A stretch of DNA of 64,000 nucleotides from Promethearchaeota archaeon Loki_b32 (lineage in GTDB: Archaea > Asgardarchaeota > Lokiarchaeia > Sigyniarchaeales > SOKP01). Of the stretch, positions 45,320-55,133 are shown piece by piece (positions within the stretch are counted from its first letter, which is position 1; each line of letters starts with the position of its first letter). The position numbers and the translations under genes are program-made. The notes beneath the pieces were generated by a model. The model had not been told where the DNA came from. It saw only the letters and a list, made by a program, of their open reading frames with translations, and made no database searches. Where the stretch lies: the NCBI GenBank assembly GCA_005223125.1, contig NJBH01000001.1, positions 45,935 through 109,934 of the forward strand. Direction: 5' to 3'.

Positions 45320-45601
45320 TTAATTGGAAAATTCTTCTTTTATTATTTTTGTATATATTTGATATTCGTGAGGATTCAGTAATTTAATTAGTTTTCCTTT
45401 ATGATGATAATGATCTGGGAGATCTATCATGAACAAATTTTGAATTAAAAGTAAATAATTGAGATATTTTTTCTTTGAAACCAATGTTAGATAGTTTTTT
45501 GAAATTTCTGTTATTTTTCTGTTTATCCAAATTGGATCTTCTTTTTTCATCACTATTAAATATTCATAATAGTTTAAAATTTCATCATAGTAGTCTTTCA
45601 T
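45320..45601 (-). CDS. Hypothetical protein downstream of the MCP gene
   Basis: 93-aa ORF, 51 nt after the MCP stop on the same strand. No motif recognised. Confidence 0.35.
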   Translation of the reverse strand: MKDYYDEILNYYEYLIVMKKEDPIWINRKITEISKNYLTLVSKKKYLNYLLLIQNLFMIDLPDHYHHKGKLIKLLNPHEYQIYTKIIKEEFSN

Positions 45602-45652
45602 TCTTGTTTCTGTCTCTGTCTGTATTAGTTGTGAGATATATTGGTTTTGTGT

Positions 45653-46729
45653 TTATAACTTACTTCTTGATTGTTGATAATTCAATTGTATATCATTATC
45701 TTCATTCAAAATTTTAAATAAGTTTTTCAATTCTTCACTTAAATAACCGAGTTTCTGAGCTGTTGCTGTAATTTCTTCCATAGATGCTGTTTGTTGTTCT
45801 GTAGATGAGGTAATACCTTCCACAGAATGAAAAGCTAATCTAAATTTACTTATTATCTCATTAATTTTGTCTCCCGTATTAATAACCGCTCTCTTTGATT
45901 CTTCAGCTAATTTTCTAACTTCATTAGCAACAACGGCAAATCCTGTTCCATGTTCACCAGCCCTTCCAGCTTCAATACTAGCATTTAGGGCTAATATATT
46001 CGTTTGGTCTGCTATGTTAGTGATTAAATCCATAACATTCTGTATTTCTGTTGATGAACTCATGACTTCTTGAGTGGTAGTTGCCATTTCTTGTGTAGAT
46101 GCAGATATTTCTTCAGAAGCTGCATTTACTTCACTCGCACCTGAGGCTAATTCTGTTGCAATATTTGAAATGTTAATACTGGCTTGTGAAGCAGTATTAA
46201 GAACTGTGTTTAGAGAGTTGTTAACTCGTATTATTCTTTGCTCTATTAAAGCAACTAATCCTGTTACCAAGAGAATTGTTGCAAAAGAGATCATAATTCC
46301 TTCTCCGAAATTTGGTATTGCTGTCCCCCCCATAGATGAGTATAGTTGGTTGCAAACCACAATTATAGCAGCTATTATAACTATCCCGAAAAATGCATGA
46401 GTTGGTGTATTTTTCTTGCGATATATTCGTATAAACAGAAATAAGCTAATTATAAGTAAAATGAATAGTACTACTAGAATTCCACTAATAGCAATATCTA
46501 GTACTGCTATTGCGGCTAGGAATGATCGGTTCTTTATATTGTTATATTTTATAAAAGTATCGTAATATTCTTTGACTACTGCAATAAAGATGCTAATAAC
46601 AGAAAACATTATGAATACATAAGATATCAATGATAGTTCCTCTATTACGCTTTCAAAATTGATTAATACAAAACCAATAGCAAGTAAAATATACATTGGA
46701 AGCCAGGTTATGAGATCTCGCCTTTTCAT
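45653..46729 (-). CDS. Methyl-accepting chemotaxis protein-type transducer (5-TM N-terminus, short signalling domain, no HAMP)
   Basis: Contains the highly conserved hairpin tip '[41 protein letters not shown]' and flanking '[18 protein letters not shown]' heptads. Confidence 0.85.
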   Translation of the reverse strand: MKRRDLITWLPMYILLAIGFVLINFESVIEELSLISYVFIMFSVISIFIAVVKEYYDTFIKYNNIKNRSFLAAIAVLDIAISGILVVLFILLIISLFLFIRIYRKKNTPTHAFFGIVIIAAIIVVCNQLYSSMGGTAIPNFGEGIMISFATILLVTGLVALIEQRIIRVNNSLNTVLNTASQASINISNIATELASGASEVNAASEEISASTQEMATTTQEVMSSSTEIQNVMDLITNIADQTNILALNASIEAGRAGEHGTGFAVVANEVRKLAEESKRAVINTGDKINEIISKFRLAFHSVEGITSSTEQQTASMEEITATAQKLGYLSEELKNLFKILNEDNDIQLNYQQSRSKL

Positions 46730-47070
46730 ACAAACAAATGAGAAAATTATTGCTGCTGCTACAGCTATAAATGAAAATTCAAAAACTAAAGCATTTAATT
46801 CAAGTATTTTTTTAATTCTACCTCTTATTTTTATAATTTAGAGGATCTTGAAAATACAAGATCCTTTGGATTTATTATAGTCTTTTTGGTATGCTGTTTA
46901 GATCCTTTTTTTAGCATTATTTGTTTAAAACAATTTGGTATATGTTTTTGCATAAAAATGACCTTTTCTATGTAATTATGAAATAATTTGTATTTAAGTT
47001 TTTCTTTTTTACATAATTTGATCTATTTTTGTGCAAATTCAAAAAAACAAAAAGAAAGTAAAATTCAGAA

Positions 47071-48417
47071 TTATTTAATTTTATATTGGCTTTTCAAGAA
47101 ATTTATGATATAATCTTTCACTTTATCTCGGTCTGGTAAGCTGGCAACCATTCCATATATCGCCGCGTCTCCGTCAGATGTTTTTTCTGGATTCTTAACA
47201 ACTTTTTCAACAGTTTCTTGAAGATCTGTCAAGAAAGTATCAACAATCTTAGCATGGTGAGGATTAACCATCATATGTAAAGCATTTGGAAATTGAATTC
47301 GATCTAAATGCCAACCCTTCTTATCTAAAACATCTCCTAAATAGTAAACATCAAATTTATCAGATGTAAAAGAAAAAACGCTCATTACTGGTTTTCCAAT
47401 AATATAAAGCTCAGGGATTTGATTGATTCCATCAATTAACTTCTTTGTAGCATCCATAACAACTTTTGCTAAATTTAAGTATCCTTCCATCCCTAGATGT
47501 TTCATAGCTGCCCAAGCTGCTGCAATTGCCCCTCCCGGTCTTGTACCTCTCATAGAGGGTGATATATAGATACCTCCTGACCATTCTGTATACACTGAAA
47601 ATTGATGTTTCCATACTCGTTCTTTTCGATATAGTATTGTAGATGCTCCTTTTGCACCATATCCGTATTTGTGGACATCTGCCGAAATAGATGTAACACC
47701 CGGCACAGAAAAATCAAAATCGGGCACATTATACCCAAGTTTCTTAACAAACGGTAGCATAAATCCTCCAAGACATGCATCAACATGTAATCCAACGCCA
47801 TGATCTTGAGTTATAGCTCCTAATTCAGAGATAGGATCGACAACCCCTCTTGGGAAGTCACAAGCCGAACCAACGAGGAAAATTGTATTTTCAGTAATAG
47901 CATTTTCCATAGCTCGTATGTCTGCTCGATGGGTGTCTTTATTTACTGGTACTCGTACCGACTTTACATTGAAATAATCCGCTCCTTTCTCAAATGCTGG
48001 ATGAGCTGAGCTAGGTAAAACCATCTCAGGTTCTTTAATGCGGGGAAGTTTTTCCTTTGCCCAATCTCTATAAGTTTTTATAGCCATTATGATGCTCTCG
48101 GTTCCACCAGATGTCATACTTCCACAACATCTTTTATCTCCGTTAAATAAGTCAACAGCCATAGATACAACTTCGGTTTCAAACTTCTTCAAACTAGGGA
48201 AAGCAATTGGACTTAAAGCATTCTTAGAAAAAAACATAGTATAAGCTTCTTTGAGCATTTCAGTATGTGAGTCTGTCGCATGATAAACAAGACTCCATAC
48301 TTTTCCATCTCGCCAATTTATATCGTCTTTACGTATTTCTTCCATATCTTTCAATACATTAGATTCAGGAATACTATTTTCCGGTAAAACTACTTTTGGT
48401 CTAGCCATTTTTATCAC
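47071..48417 (-). CDS. PLP-dependent group II decarboxylase family, sphingosine-1-phosphate-lyase-like subtype
   Basis: 'SISADVHKYGYGAKGASTILYR' is the PLP-lysine motif of the SPL-like branch rather than MfnA-type 'HKMG'. Also has 'GGTESIIMA' and 'HVDACLGGF'. Confidence 0.7.
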   Translation of the reverse strand: MIKMARPKVVLPENSIPESNVLKDMEEIRKDDINWRDGKVWSLVYHATDSHTEMLKEAYTMFFSKNALSPIAFPSLKKFETEVVSMAVDLFNGDKRCCGSMTSGGTESIIMAIKTYRDWAKEKLPRIKEPEMVLPSSAHPAFEKGADYFNVKSVRVPVNKDTHRADIRAMENAITENTIFLVGSACDFPRGVVDPISELGAITQDHGVGLHVDACLGGFMLPFVKKLGYNVPDFDFSVPGVTSISADVHKYGYGAKGASTILYRKERVWKHQFSVYTEWSGGIYISPSMRGTRPGGAIAAAWAAMKHLGMEGYLNLAKVVMDATKKLIDGINQIPELYIIGKPVMSVFSFTSDKFDVYYLGDVLDKKGWHLDRIQFPNALHMMVNPHHAKIVDTFLTDLQETVEKVVKNPEKTSDGDAAIYGMVASLPDRDKVKDYIINFLKSQYKIK

Positions 48418-48472
48418 AAAAAAGTTGAAATTATGTTTTATTATTTTAATTAATTGTTAAATAATAACTATA

Positions 48473-49636
48473 CTAGCCCTTAAGTGATTGTAATGGATAA
48501 ACTCCATTTGTATGTGCTGCTTCAATCATCCATTTTAATCGTTCAGGTGATATATCTGGATGAAAATTGGCGGGAGATATCATAAATCCTCCCCCATGAC
48601 CCATAGCAGAGATTGCATCTTTAACTGATTGTTCTACCTCTGTTTTTGATGCAGCTACTAAGATATGTTTAGTATCAATATTACCAAATAAGCAGAGTTT
48701 ATCACCCACTTTCTTTTTCACATAAATAGGGTCGACAAGAGGGGGCTCTAGGCACTGAAGTCCATCGAACCCCGAATTTACTATGAAATCTAGAAGAGAG
48801 GTTATATCTCCATCGGTATGCAGGATGTATTTGCCACCCCAGTCATGTATTTGTTCTGAAACTTCTTGAAAACAAGGAAGAAGGTACTTATCAAAATATT
48901 TTGGATTAATCATAGGTCCTCCTTTATGAGCAATATCTCCACCTTCAAGAAATATTTTTGCTCCACAATCGGCATATGCTTTAAAAACCGTCAATGTGAA
49001 ATCGGTACAAAATCGAAAACGTTCTTCAATTAATTTAGGATCATTTTTTAAAGCTCGTGCAAAATAAGCCATGCCCATTCCCTGCCAGACGGGTGGAAAG
49101 ACGGATGTAAGGGCGTTTTGAGCAAAAATACAAATCTCATCCTTGATATCACGACATTTCCTAAAAACCCCTTTATAAAATTTTTTAGCTCTTCTATATT
49201 CTTCTTTTAAATCTGGTTTAGGATATGCTTCCCAATCTTCTCTGTTTTTAATATATCCACCATAATAATCAGGATATGGATTTCCATCAATATTTCTTAC
49301 TTTATGTCTCTTCCCGAATATATCTGTCATCTCAGTTTGACTTTCAAGGATAAATGGAATATATTGGACACCTACACCATCAAAACCTAATTTATGACCC
49401 GCCCGGACTGCTTTTGCAAAGACCGATATTTCAATATCATCTAAGATTTGATTAATCTTTTCAACCCAATCATCAGGATATTTTTGTTCCATCTCATTAA
49501 AAACATCAAACGCTGTTTTCTCTGGTTTTCCTAAAATCTTATCTGCAACATTTCCATCGATATTTATCGTATGAGTAGGAATTCTGTCTGGCTCTTCAAG
49601 ATTTAATGCGGACCATATTCTTTCAAAACTATTCAT
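48473..49636 (-). CDS. Uroporphyrinogen decarboxylase (URO-D) family protein, MtaA/CmuA-like methyltransferase type
   Basis: Contains 'PDRIPTH', 'ILHTDGDITSLLDFIVNSGFDGLQCLEP', 'LFGNIDTKHIL' and 'GGFMISPANFHPDISPERL'. Confidence 0.7.
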   Translation of the reverse strand: MNSFERIWSALNLEEPDRIPTHTINIDGNVADKILGKPEKTAFDVFNEMEQKYPDDWVEKINQILDDIEISVFAKAVRAGHKLGFDGVGVQYIPFILESQTEMTDIFGKRHKVRNIDGNPYPDYYGGYIKNREDWEAYPKPDLKEEYRRAKKFYKGVFRKCRDIKDEICIFAQNALTSVFPPVWQGMGMAYFARALKNDPKLIEERFRFCTDFTLTVFKAYADCGAKIFLEGGDIAHKGGPMINPKYFDKYLLPCFQEVSEQIHDWGGKYILHTDGDITSLLDFIVNSGFDGLQCLEPPLVDPIYVKKKVGDKLCLFGNIDTKHILVAASKTEVEQSVKDAISAMGHGGGFMISPANFHPDISPERLKWMIEAAHTNGVYPLQSLKG

Positions 49637-49690
49637 AATTAATTCTTTGTGGAAATATTAAAAATTATAATTAAGTATAGAATTTAGGTA

Positions 49691-51430
49691 TTAATCATTC
49701 ATTTGATATGCGTCTTTTAATGTGTATACGATGTTCCAGACTTTATTAAATCTCTCCTGATCCACATTAGGTTTTTTAATCATCTTTAAGCACCATTCCA
49801 TCTGCTCAGGTGTAGTGCTAGATTTATGATATAAATTTAATGCATATTTAGAGAAATCTCTTATGAGAAAGTCGAATATATGATCGATAGTATCATTATC
49901 AAGATCGTAGATGTGAGCATTCTCAATGATAAGATGAGAATAAACTACGAGAGCAAAGATTTGACCAATTCCAGAGAGCATAAAATCCATATCCTTTTGT
50001 TGTTCTGGACTGGGAGTTGCTTTTATTCCAAAAAGGTTGAATAGTTTAATTTGTTCCAAGAAAATTTTAACATTGGGCAAATTATATTTCTCAAAAGCCG
50101 GTTTCCAATCATGAAGGCGAACTCGTCCTAATCCTCGGGCTGCTCCTTGGTTGAAAAGGAAATCATCATTTTTAATATTGTCCTGTCGAGGAACTTCCTC
50201 ATATTTCTTATGATTCATGAAGAAATTTAGCATGAATTTTAAAATTAAGGCAATATTCACATGAACCGTCCCCTCGAGTTTTGGTAAAGCGCGAATATCT
50301 ATAGCTGCGTTCTCGAAATACATATCTTTCTCAAAACCTTTTGCCGCAATAACGTCCCATAAGAGATTGATAACTTCCTCTCCTTGTGTTGTTGTTTTCA
50401 TTTTCATTACTGGAGCATAAAGTAGGTAGCGCCGATCTTTTTTAGAAGCTACGCGCATGTAATCAGCAGTTCGTAATCCAAATAATTTCATAGCGACTAA
50501 CCGTGTATAGGCATCTACAAAATTTTGTTTAACGTGTTGAAAATCAGTAACATACATATTATATAATCTACGATGAGCAGCATGATGAATAGCTTCATAA
50601 AATGCATGCGTACAAATGCCAATTGAAGCCCAACCTAAATTATATTTACCCACATTTACAGTATTGAGTGAAGCATTCCATGCATCTTCTCCTTTAGAAA
50701 GAATATCTTCTTCAGTTATGGGATAATCATGTAGAGCAAAATTTGCTACAAAGTTTTGGCTATCGCAAACATTTTTTTTCAGTTCATAATTTTTGTGTTT
50801 ATAATTTGCTACAAAAAATACATATTGATCTTTATTTTTCATGTCATATGGAGGGATATTACCATCTATATCAGCAAGTTTACCAAAATTTGAAACCATC
50901 TCCGCTTCGTTACCATTACCAATATAATACTTCTCTCCATTAGCCCGATAAGTTTCATCTTCTTGTAGTGTAAGTTTCATCTCAGTTGCATAGATATCCG
51001 CTCCGTGAGCTTTTTCTGAAAGACCAAATGCAAATATCGCTCCTTCTCTAAGTAATCGAGCTGCCTTCTTCTTAATTTCTTCATTATTACTCATCCATAT
51101 GGGTCCAAGTCCTAGAATGGAGACTTGCCAAGTATACCAATAATTAAGACCATAAAATGCTAGAATTTCGTTAAATTCGCAAATACGCCACGTATCCCAA
51201 CGATAATTCTCATCTTCACCGTATGGAGTGGGTGTTAGAAGCTGTGCAAAAATATTGTTGTTTTTTTGAAACTCAATAAAATCAGAATACCACACCCTTT
51301 CGTGATAATCTTCTTTTAGTTTTGCTTTCCCCTTCTTTTCGAAAAAATCAATAGTTTTAAGCATAATCTCCTTAGACTTCTCATCGGGATAATAGCGATC
51401 ATGCTTTTTAGGATTTAATAAAATTGTCAT
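49691..51430 (-). CDS. Long-form acyl-CoA dehydrogenase family protein
   Basis: 579 aa. Contains 'FAFGLSEKAHGADIYATEMKL', 'YIGNGNEAEMV' and a C-terminal four-helix region. There is no clear match to a specific subfamily. Confidence 0.6.
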   Translation of the reverse strand: MTILLNPKKHDRYYPDEKSKEIMLKTIDFFEKKGKAKLKEDYHERVWYSDFIEFQKNNNIFAQLLTPTPYGEDENYRWDTWRICEFNEILAFYGLNYWYTWQVSILGLGPIWMSNNEEIKKKAARLLREGAIFAFGLSEKAHGADIYATEMKLTLQEDETYRANGEKYYIGNGNEAEMVSNFGKLADIDGNIPPYDMKNKDQYVFFVANYKHKNYELKKNVCDSQNFVANFALHDYPITEEDILSKGEDAWNASLNTVNVGKYNLGWASIGICTHAFYEAIHHAAHRRLYNMYVTDFQHVKQNFVDAYTRLVAMKLFGLRTADYMRVASKKDRRYLLYAPVMKMKTTTQGEEVINLLWDVIAAKGFEKDMYFENAAIDIRALPKLEGTVHVNIALILKFMLNFFMNHKKYEEVPRQDNIKNDDFLFNQGAARGLGRVRLHDWKPAFEKYNLPNVKIFLEQIKLFNLFGIKATPSPEQQKDMDFMLSGIGQIFALVVYSHLIIENAHIYDLDNDTIDHIFDFLIRDFSKYALNLYHKSSTTPEQMEWCLKMIKKPNVDQERFNKVWNIVYTLKDAYQMND

Positions 51431-51627
51431 TAGTTTTTATTTCTCTCATCAATTATTTAATTAATTTTAAAAATCGTTAAGAAATTTTAAAAATTTAGAT
51501 TAGTTAAGAAAATAATTAAAATATCCACATTTCTTAAAATTAAAGAAAAATTATAAATTATCTGGAGTTGGAATAATTTAAAAAAAAGTTACTGATCACA
51601 TCTTTTACTAATTCCTTAAAATTGGAT

Positions 51628-52488
51628 TTAATGGGAATTGTCCTCCCAATGAATCAGATCGACTTGTTGTTCTGTGATATTAAAGCCGAATGATTTATAA
51701 AGGCCTGTAGCCCGAGTATTTTTAACATGGACTCGAAGACCTACTCTCTCCAGACCTAAGTCCTTTAATCTTTCAAGAGTATATAGCAAAATTTGCTTAC
51801 CAAACCCTTTAGATCTGAATTCAGGTGCAACACCAATATTATTTAAATTATTTTGGGAATTTGGAGTTAGATTCAAAATTCCAATCATTTTATTTTCCTT
51901 ATAAACATTATAAAGTTCTTGCATTTCATACCAAAAATTAAGAAGCATGTCAGGTACTCCAGCTAAGTTCACCGTGGTTTCTCCCTCATAAGAACCATCA
52001 GTACAATGGCCTACTGACTCTAAAAATTCTCTAACTTTATCTTTTTCGACTTTTTCGAATCTAAGTATTTCTGGGGGGCTAGAGATATCATCTAATGATC
52101 GATCCATCCTGTACCAACGCGCTTTTTCCTTAAAGCCTTGTTCTTTGAAAGTTTGGATAACTTTTGTCTGCTTCTCGGGTATGCTAGGTGCAAAAACATA
52201 TTTAACGCTATGATCTTTTCCCTTACTTAAAGTCTTTTTAGCGATCTCCTCAATACAATTTTGGGATTTCTCATAATCTAAGATTTGTATCATGCACAAT
52301 GGTGTTCCTATAGGGGCTATTAAATTCACAGGTTCCTTGCCATAATAGACTATTGCAACTGGGTTTGATGCACATAAAAAGAGCCAATATTTTAGTCCCA
52401 TCGATTCATATGTTTGTACATACTTCAATATCTTCTCTCTGAATTGCTCGATTTTAGAATCTTTATGTGAGATAATTTGTAAATTCAT
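51628..52488 (-). CDS. GNAT-family N-acetyltransferase (two-domain)
   Basis: 'IGVAPEFRSKGFGKQILLYTLERLKDLGLERVGLRVHVKNTRATGLYKSFGF' is acetyl-CoA motif A. Confidence 0.8.
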   Translation of the reverse strand: MNLQIISHKDSKIEQFREKILKYVQTYESMGLKYWLFLCASNPVAIVYYGKEPVNLIAPIGTPLCMIQILDYEKSQNCIEEIAKKTLSKGKDHSVKYVFAPSIPEKQTKVIQTFKEQGFKEKARWYRMDRSLDDISSPPEILRFEKVEKDKVREFLESVGHCTDGSYEGETTVNLAGVPDMLLNFWYEMQELYNVYKENKMIGILNLTPNSQNNLNNIGVAPEFRSKGFGKQILLYTLERLKDLGLERVGLRVHVKNTRATGLYKSFGFNITEQQVDLIHWEDNSH

Positions 52489-52572
52489 AAATATCTAAAA
52501 ATATTATGGAATTTGAAGTTAATTATTTATTAAATGTATAGAAATAAATTAGGATTTTAATTTCATAAGACA

Positions 52573-54519
52573 ATGAGTTATGATAAAATTTTTAAAGGAA
52601 AACGGGGAGATGAAAAGTTCTATTTAGGCAATGAGGCGATAGTTCGAGGCGCTTTAGAAAGTGGTATTGATGTTTACACTTATTATCCGGGCACACCCAG
52701 CTCAGAAGTTGGAGAAACTTTTATGGAAATTTTCAAAGAAGTAGGAATGAAATGGGTGGAACGCAGCATCAATGAAAAAGTCGCAATAGAAGTTGCAGGA
52801 GCAGCGTACGCTAGAGGAGCGACAGTGATGGTAGGGATGAAAAATGTAGGATTGAATGTTGCCTCCGATCCATTATTTGCTCTTGCTACCACACGTCCAA
52901 AAAATAAGAATTCCGCAATGGTAATTTTAGTTGCTGATGATCCTCAACAACATTCGAGTGCGGTAGAAATGGATTCAAGATATTTCTTAAAAATATTTAA
53001 AATACCAGCATTAGAACCGAGCAATCCTCAGGAATGTTTAGAATTTACTAAAGAAGCATTTAAAATATCAAGAGAATTAAAACTTCCTGTAATATTAAGG
53101 ACTGTCACAATGATTTCTCATGCCAGAAGTAACGTGATTGTTGGGGAAATAAAACCTTCTGGGATTAGAGATGATTTTAATTTATCAAAAGAGGTTAACG
53201 TTGCTTTGAGACTTTACTTCTTAGAGTTAAAAGAAGAACATATATATAATAGATTGAATCAAGCTTTAGAGATTTCAGAGAATAGCCCATTGAATAAAAT
53301 TGAAAATGAAAATATAAAAAATAAATTTGATTTAGGAATTATTACAAGCGGTGTATCTTATAGTTATGTAGGTGATACTTTAGATTTTCTTGAGCTTGAA
53401 GCACCAATACTTAAGATTGGCTTCATAAATCCACTTCCAGAAAGAAAAATTGTGGTGTTTCTAAAACAATTTAAACAGATATTTGTTATTGAAGAAAATG
53501 ATACCTATCTCGAAACTCAAATTTTGGCAATTGCTCACAAAAATAGTCTTAATGTGAAAATTCATGGGAAAGATCCTTTTTCTTACTCAAAAGAAAATAA
53601 ATTATTATCTATTGTAGGAGAATTAAATCCTACTAAAATCGCTTTAGCGTTAATGAAAATAACAGATATAAAGCCAAAAATAGATTTAAACCAAATTAGT
53701 AAGAAGAAATATGATACCTTAGCGAGAAATCCCATAATGTGTCCGGGATGCCCCCATAGAACAACAGGATATGCTTTACAAAAAGCTATAAAAAAAATTA
53801 AATTAATTTCAGGAAAAAACATTTACTTTTACCAAGATATTGGGTGTTATACACTTTTAGCTTTTCCTCCATTTTCTTTTGCTAATGTTAAGTATTGCAT
53901 GGGTTCTAGTATAGCCTTAGCTCAGGGAGTTGCTCAAACAAGTGAAAGTTTTAATATAGCAATTATAGGAGATGGAACATTTTTTCATTCTGGGATACCT
54001 GCGCTTTTAAATGGAATATATAATAAAACTCCAATTTTGGTGTTAATATTAGATAATGGGTGGATCGGGATGACAGGCCAGCAACCCCATCCTGGGAGTG
54101 ATACACGCTACTACAAAGAGGGAAGCTCTAAGAAAGCTATTAATCTAGAAGAATTCTTAAACGGTACGGGAGCAAATGTTAACGTAATTAAGCATTATGA
54201 AAATAATGATAATGAATATTTCCTAAAGTTAAGTAAACTTATTTATGAAAAAAGCCTCGATGTCATAAATAATAAAAATTTACATGTTATTATTATTAAG
54301 GACGAATGTATTCAAAAAACTATTAAAAGACAAGCGCCCGTTTTAAGATATATTGATAATGAGTTATGTAATAATTGTGGTATATGTTATAGGAAATTTT
54401 TATGTCCTGCTATTGATATTAGCGAGGAATTAGTCTATATTGATCAAAATCTATGCCTAGGTTGCGGTATATGTGAAATGATTTGCCCAAATAAAGCTAT
54501 TCATAGGGAGGAGCTATAA
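52573..54519 (+). CDS. iorA: Indolepyruvate:ferredoxin oxidoreductase, alpha subunit
   Basis: Contains 'GNEAIVRGALESGIDVYTYYPGTPSSE', the TPP motif 'GDGTFFHSG...LDNGW' and C-terminal 'CNNCGICYRKFLCPA' / 'CLGCGICEMICPNKA'. Confidence 0.9.
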   Translation: MSYDKIFKGKRGDEKFYLGNEAIVRGALESGIDVYTYYPGTPSSEVGETFMEIFKEVGMKWVERSINEKVAIEVAGAAYARGATVMVGMKNVGLNVASDPLFALATTRPKNKNSAMVILVADDPQQHSSAVEMDSRYFLKIFKIPALEPSNPQECLEFTKEAFKISRELKLPVILRTVTMISHARSNVIVGEIKPSGIRDDFNLSKEVNVALRLYFLELKEEHIYNRLNQALEISENSPLNKIENENIKNKFDLGIITSGVSYSYVGDTLDFLELEAPILKIGFINPLPERKIVVFLKQFKQIFVIEENDTYLETQILAIAHKNSLNVKIHGKDPFSYSKENKLLSIVGELNPTKIALALMKITDIKPKIDLNQISKKKYDTLARNPIMCPGCPHRTTGYALQKAIKKIKLISGKNIYFYQDIGCYTLLAFPPFSFANVKYCMGSSIALAQGVAQTSESFNIAIIGDGTFFHSGIPALLNGIYNKTPILVLILDNGWIGMTGQQPHPGSDTRYYKEGSSKKAINLEEFLNGTGANVNVIKHYENNDNEYFLKLSKLIYEKSLDVINNKNLHVIIIKDECIQKTIKRQAPVLRYIDNELCNNCGICYRKFLCPAIDISEELVYIDQNLCLGCGICEMICPNKAIHREEL

Positions 54520-55121
54520 TGAATTTTGATAGTTATACTATAGTAGTTACTGGTTTAGGAGGGCAAGGTTTAATTAGATTTTTACAAATTTTAGGAAATG
54601 CTTTAATGATTAAAGGATATAAAGTTATGACTTCTGAGACTCATGGCCTTAGTCAGAGAGGAGGAAAAGTGTCATGCTTCCTTCGTTTCGGAAATAAATT
54701 ACCCGCTCCAATCCCAATGATAGGATCAGCGGACATAATTCTAAGTTTAGAAGAGAGTAGCATCTTGGATGTATTATATTATGCTAAACCCGATAAAAGT
54801 ACGAATTTAATAATATCCACTTACGAGAAACAGCAAATTGACACAAAATACCCTTCTCTGGAGTATCTATTAAGTGTTCTATATGAAAATTCTGAAAATA
54901 TTTATTTTATTCCAGTTTCGGAGATAGCAGTAAAACATACGGGAAATTTAAAGGCTATGAATAGTGTTATATTAGGCTACATTCTAAAATTCTTACCCTT
55001 AGACAGTAATGATCTTGAAGAATCTTTAATACAACATTTTTCAGAGAAGAATTTAGAATTAAATCTAAAAGGATTTAAAGAGGGTCAAAAATTACAGTCG
55101 ATTTTATCAGAAAATGAGTAA
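54519..55121 (+). CDS. iorB: Indolepyruvate:ferredoxin oxidoreductase, beta subunit
   Basis: ATGA stop/start overlap with iorA. Contains 'VVTGLGGQGLI' and 'ETHGLSQRGG'. Confidence 0.85.
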   Translation: MNFDSYTIVVTGLGGQGLIRFLQILGNALMIKGYKVMTSETHGLSQRGGKVSCFLRFGNKLPAPIPMIGSADIILSLEESSILDVLYYAKPDKSTNLIISTYEKQQIDTKYPSLEYLLSVLYENSENIYFIPVSEIAVKHTGNLKAMNSVILGYILKFLPLDSNDLEESLIQHFSEKNLELNLKGFKEGQKLQSILSENE

Positions 55122-55133
55122 TAAATTTTAAAT

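Noticed and set aside
46659-46841. 60-aa plus-strand ORF overlapping the MCP start region; likewise 21165..21368, 21920..22123, 45475..45717 and 63177..63362/63492..63680.
   Set aside because: These are short, low-complexity, overlap better-supported genes or promoters, and have no motifs.
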